The notes beneath the pieces were generated by a model that did not search any database, was not told the DNA's origin, and saw nothing but the letters and a program-made list of their open reading frames with translations. The position numbers and the translations under genes are program-made. Positions 17,273 through 19,449 of a stretch of 19,449 nt of DNA are shown here, one piece after another. Source of the stretch: an uncultured Gammaproteobacteria bacterium (GTDB lineage: Bacteria; Patescibacteriota; Patescibacteriia; UBA2591; UBA6264); NCBI GenBank assembly GCA_964617525.1, contig CAZTWG010000006.1, positions 1 through 19,449 of the forward strand. The letters run 5' to 3'. Within the stretch, counting starts at the first letter, position 1; each line of letters begins with the position of its first letter.

Positions 17273-19449
17273 ATGGAAAAAAGATACGAATCAAAACAAT
17301 TTGAAGAAAAAATCTATAAACTTTGGAAAGAAAGCGGGTTTTTTAATCCAGATAATTTACCAGGAAAAAGAAGAAAAAAGTATTCTATTACTATTCCCCC
17401 TCCAAATATAACAGGGTCTTTGCATATGGGACATGCCCTTAATAATACAATACAAGACATATTAATCAGATATCATCGCATGTTAGGAGACAAGACATTG
17501 TGGTTGCCAGGGACAGACCATGCTGGAATTGCTACTCAAAATGTAGTAGAAAAAAAATTAATCAAGCAAGGATTAACTCGTCATCAGTTGGGAAGAGAAG
17601 AATTTGTTAAAACTGTTTGGGAATGGAAAGAAAAATATGGCAATATAATCCTTAAACAATTAGAAAAGCTAGGATGCTCTTGCGACTGGTCTAGATTAAG
17701 ATTCACCTTAGATAAGCAATATGAAAAAGCTGTTCTAACCGCTTTTACTAATTATCATAAAAAGGGATATATTTATCGTGGCCCCAGAATAGTTAATTGG
17801 TGCCCTAGATGTGAAACTGCTATTTCTGATATTGAAATTAAATACAAAGAAAGTGTTGGTAAATTATGGTATATAAAATACCCTTTTAAAAATAATCCCA
17901 AAAAATTTATTATTGTTGCCACTACTAGGCCAGAAACGATGTTGGGCGATACTGCTATAGCAGTTAATCCTAAAGATGAGAAATATAAAGATTTTATAGG
18001 ACAAAACGTAATCCTTCCTATTGTTGGAAGAGAAATTCCCATTGTAGCCCATCATTTAGTTAAACTAGAATTTGGAACTGGCGCAGTTAAAATCACTCCT
18101 GCTCACGACAAAACTGATTGGCAAATTGGAAAAGCTAATAATCTACCAATTATTAATGTAATAGGTCCTGAAGGAAAAATGACAAAAGAGGCTGGCAAAT
18201 ATGCTGGTCTTTCGGTAAAAGAAACTAGAAGACAAATTATAACTGAATTAGAAGAACTAAACCTTTTAGAAAAAATTGAAGAATACGAACATCAGCTGTC
18301 TCTTTGCGACCGTTGTAGTACTCCAATTGAACCACAGATTTCCACACAATGGTTTGTTAAAATGAAAAAATTAGCAAAACCAGCTATTAAGGCTATAGAA
18401 AAAGGAAAGATAAAAATTGTTCCCGAAAGATTTAAAAAAGTTTACCTTGATTGGTTAAATAATATTGATGATTGGTGTATTTCCAGACAACTTTGGTGGG
18501 GACACCAATTTCCTATTTGGTTCTGCGAAAACCAAAAAGATAAATACGTTGTTTCAATAACGCAGCCAAAAGAATGCCCCTTTTGCCATGCCTGTAAAAT
18601 GAAACAATCATCAGATGTTTTAGATACATGGTTTTCGTCAGCACTTTGGCCTTTTGCAACTCTAGGTTGGCCAGAAAAAACCAAAGACTTAAAAGAATAT
18701 TACCCTACTTCAATGCTCTCCACTGCTAGAGATATCTTATATCTTTGGGTGGCTAGAATGGTATTCTCTGGTTTTGAATTTATGGGAAAAATACCATTTA
18801 AAAATCTATATATCCATGGGACCATTCTTACGTTGAAGGGCAAGAGAATGAGTAAATCGCTAGGAACTGGAGTTGACCCATTAGAATTTATAAATGAACA
18901 TGGTTCTGATGCTACTCGTTTAGGAATTATTCTGCAAGCTAATAGAGACCAACAAGAAATCCGTTTTGATTCCCGTTCTATCTTAGCAGCCCGCAATTTC
19001 ATCAATAAAATTTGGAACATCTCTAGATTTGTGGAGTTTATAAACGAAGAAATTCCAAGAGAAGAAATGGTGAAACCAACTTTCGCTGACCGATGGATAC
19101 TCTCTAAAATAAACAATCTTATCAGCTCAATTACCCAAAAAATTGAAAATAATGAATTAAGCCTAGCAGCCAAAGAGCTTTATGAATTTGTTTGGCACGA
19201 TTTTGCTGATTGGTATTTAGAAATAGCAAAATTTCAGAAAGAAAATTTAAAAATACAAAAACAAACCTCTGGACTTCTTAGAATAATCTTAGAAAAATGC
19301 CTAAAAATGCTTCATCCATTTATCCCTTTTGTTACAGAAACCATCAATATTCAATTCAATAAAATAGGAGATAAAGAATTCTCTGATTTATTAATCGTAG
19401 CTAAATGGCCAAAAATTAACAAAAAACTAATAAATCCTCGGGTTGAAAA
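17273..19449 (+). CDS. valS: valyl-tRNA synthetase, 5' partial (continues past the window end)
   Basis: Absent from the ORF track because there is no stop in the window. I translated it by hand, and it is open from the ATG at 17273 through 19447. Motifs: PPPNITGSLHMGHAL (HIGH), TTRPETMLGDTAIAVNP (editing domain), DTWFSS, KMSKS as RMSKSLG. The antisense track ORFs at 17773..19173 are shadows of this gene. Confidence 0.95.
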   Translation, partial: MEKRYESKQFEEKIYKLWKESGFFNPDNLPGKRRKKYSITIPPPNITGSLHMGHALNNTIQDILIRYHRMLGDKTLWLPGTDHAGIATQNVVEKKLIKQGLTRHQLGREEFVKTVWEWKEKYGNIILKQLEKLGCSCDWSRLRFTLDKQYEKAVLTAFTNYHKKGYIYRGPRIVNWCPRCETAISDIEIKYKESVGKLWYIKYPFKNNPKKFIIVATTRPETMLGDTAIAVNPKDEKYKDFIGQNVILPIVGREIPIVAHHLVKLEFGTGAVKITPAHDKTDWQIGKANNLPIINVIGPEGKMTKEAGKYAGLSVKETRRQIITELEELNLLEKIEEYEHQLSLCDRCSTPIEPQISTQWFVKMKKLAKPAIKAIEKGKIKIVPERFKKVYLDWLNNIDDWCISRQLWWGHQFPIWFCENQKDKYVVSITQPKECPFCHACKMKQSSDVLDTWFSSALWPFATLGWPEKTKDLKEYYPTSMLSTARDILYLWVARMVFSGFEFMGKIPFKNLYIHGTILTLKGKRMSKSLGTGVDPLEFINEHGSDATRLGIILQANRDQQEIRFDSRSILAARNFINKIWNISRFVEFINEEIPREEMVKPTFADRWILSKINNLISSITQKIENNELSLAAKELYEFVWHDFADWYLEIAKFQKENLKIQKQTSGLLRIILEKCLKMLHPFIPFVTETINIQFNKIGDKEFSDLLIVAKWPKINKKLINPRVE

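Noticed and set aside
17773-19173. Minus-strand track ORFs 17773..18042, 17864..18055, 18442..18684 and 18700..19173.
   Set aside because: They are antisense shadows of the clearly conserved valS reading frame. Their sequences are hydrophobic and low-complexity with no motifs.

Overview
AT-rich bacterial window, roughly one third G+C by eye. It has compact genes, few Shine-Dalgarno sequences and an oversized 23S rRNA, which by inference suggests a small-genome, CPR/Patescibacteria-like organism. I found no CRISPR array, transposase, integrase or tRNA.

Layout, left to right:
(1) A minus-strand run of four DNA-processing genes at 116..4464: Pif1-type SF1B helicase, Cas4-type Fe-S PD-(D/E)XK nuclease, membrane-anchored staphylococcal-type nuclease, and endonuclease Q-like PHP protein.
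(2) A minus-strand 23S-5S rRNA unit at 4531..8275 with no 16S gene next to it. It has a 30-bp processing stem, several AT-rich expansion/IVS-like insertions, a boxA-like element, and an unusual promoter / hairpin-U7 / boxA leader.
(3) Housekeeping genes: pyrG, a large uncharacterised membrane protein, tsaD, a two-subunit 2-oxoacid:ferredoxin oxidoreductase, tsaE, and the 5' two thirds of valS. valS is missing from the ORF track because it runs off the window.
(4) About 1.3 kb at 15328..16666 with no long ORF. I read it as two decayed genes: a DNA alkylation repair (HEAT-like) gene and a family-2 glycosyltransferase.

The best candidates for something undescribed are the split nuclease+helicase pair, the rRNA leader architecture and 23S insertions, and the 537-aa membrane protein. 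None can be proven from sequence alone.
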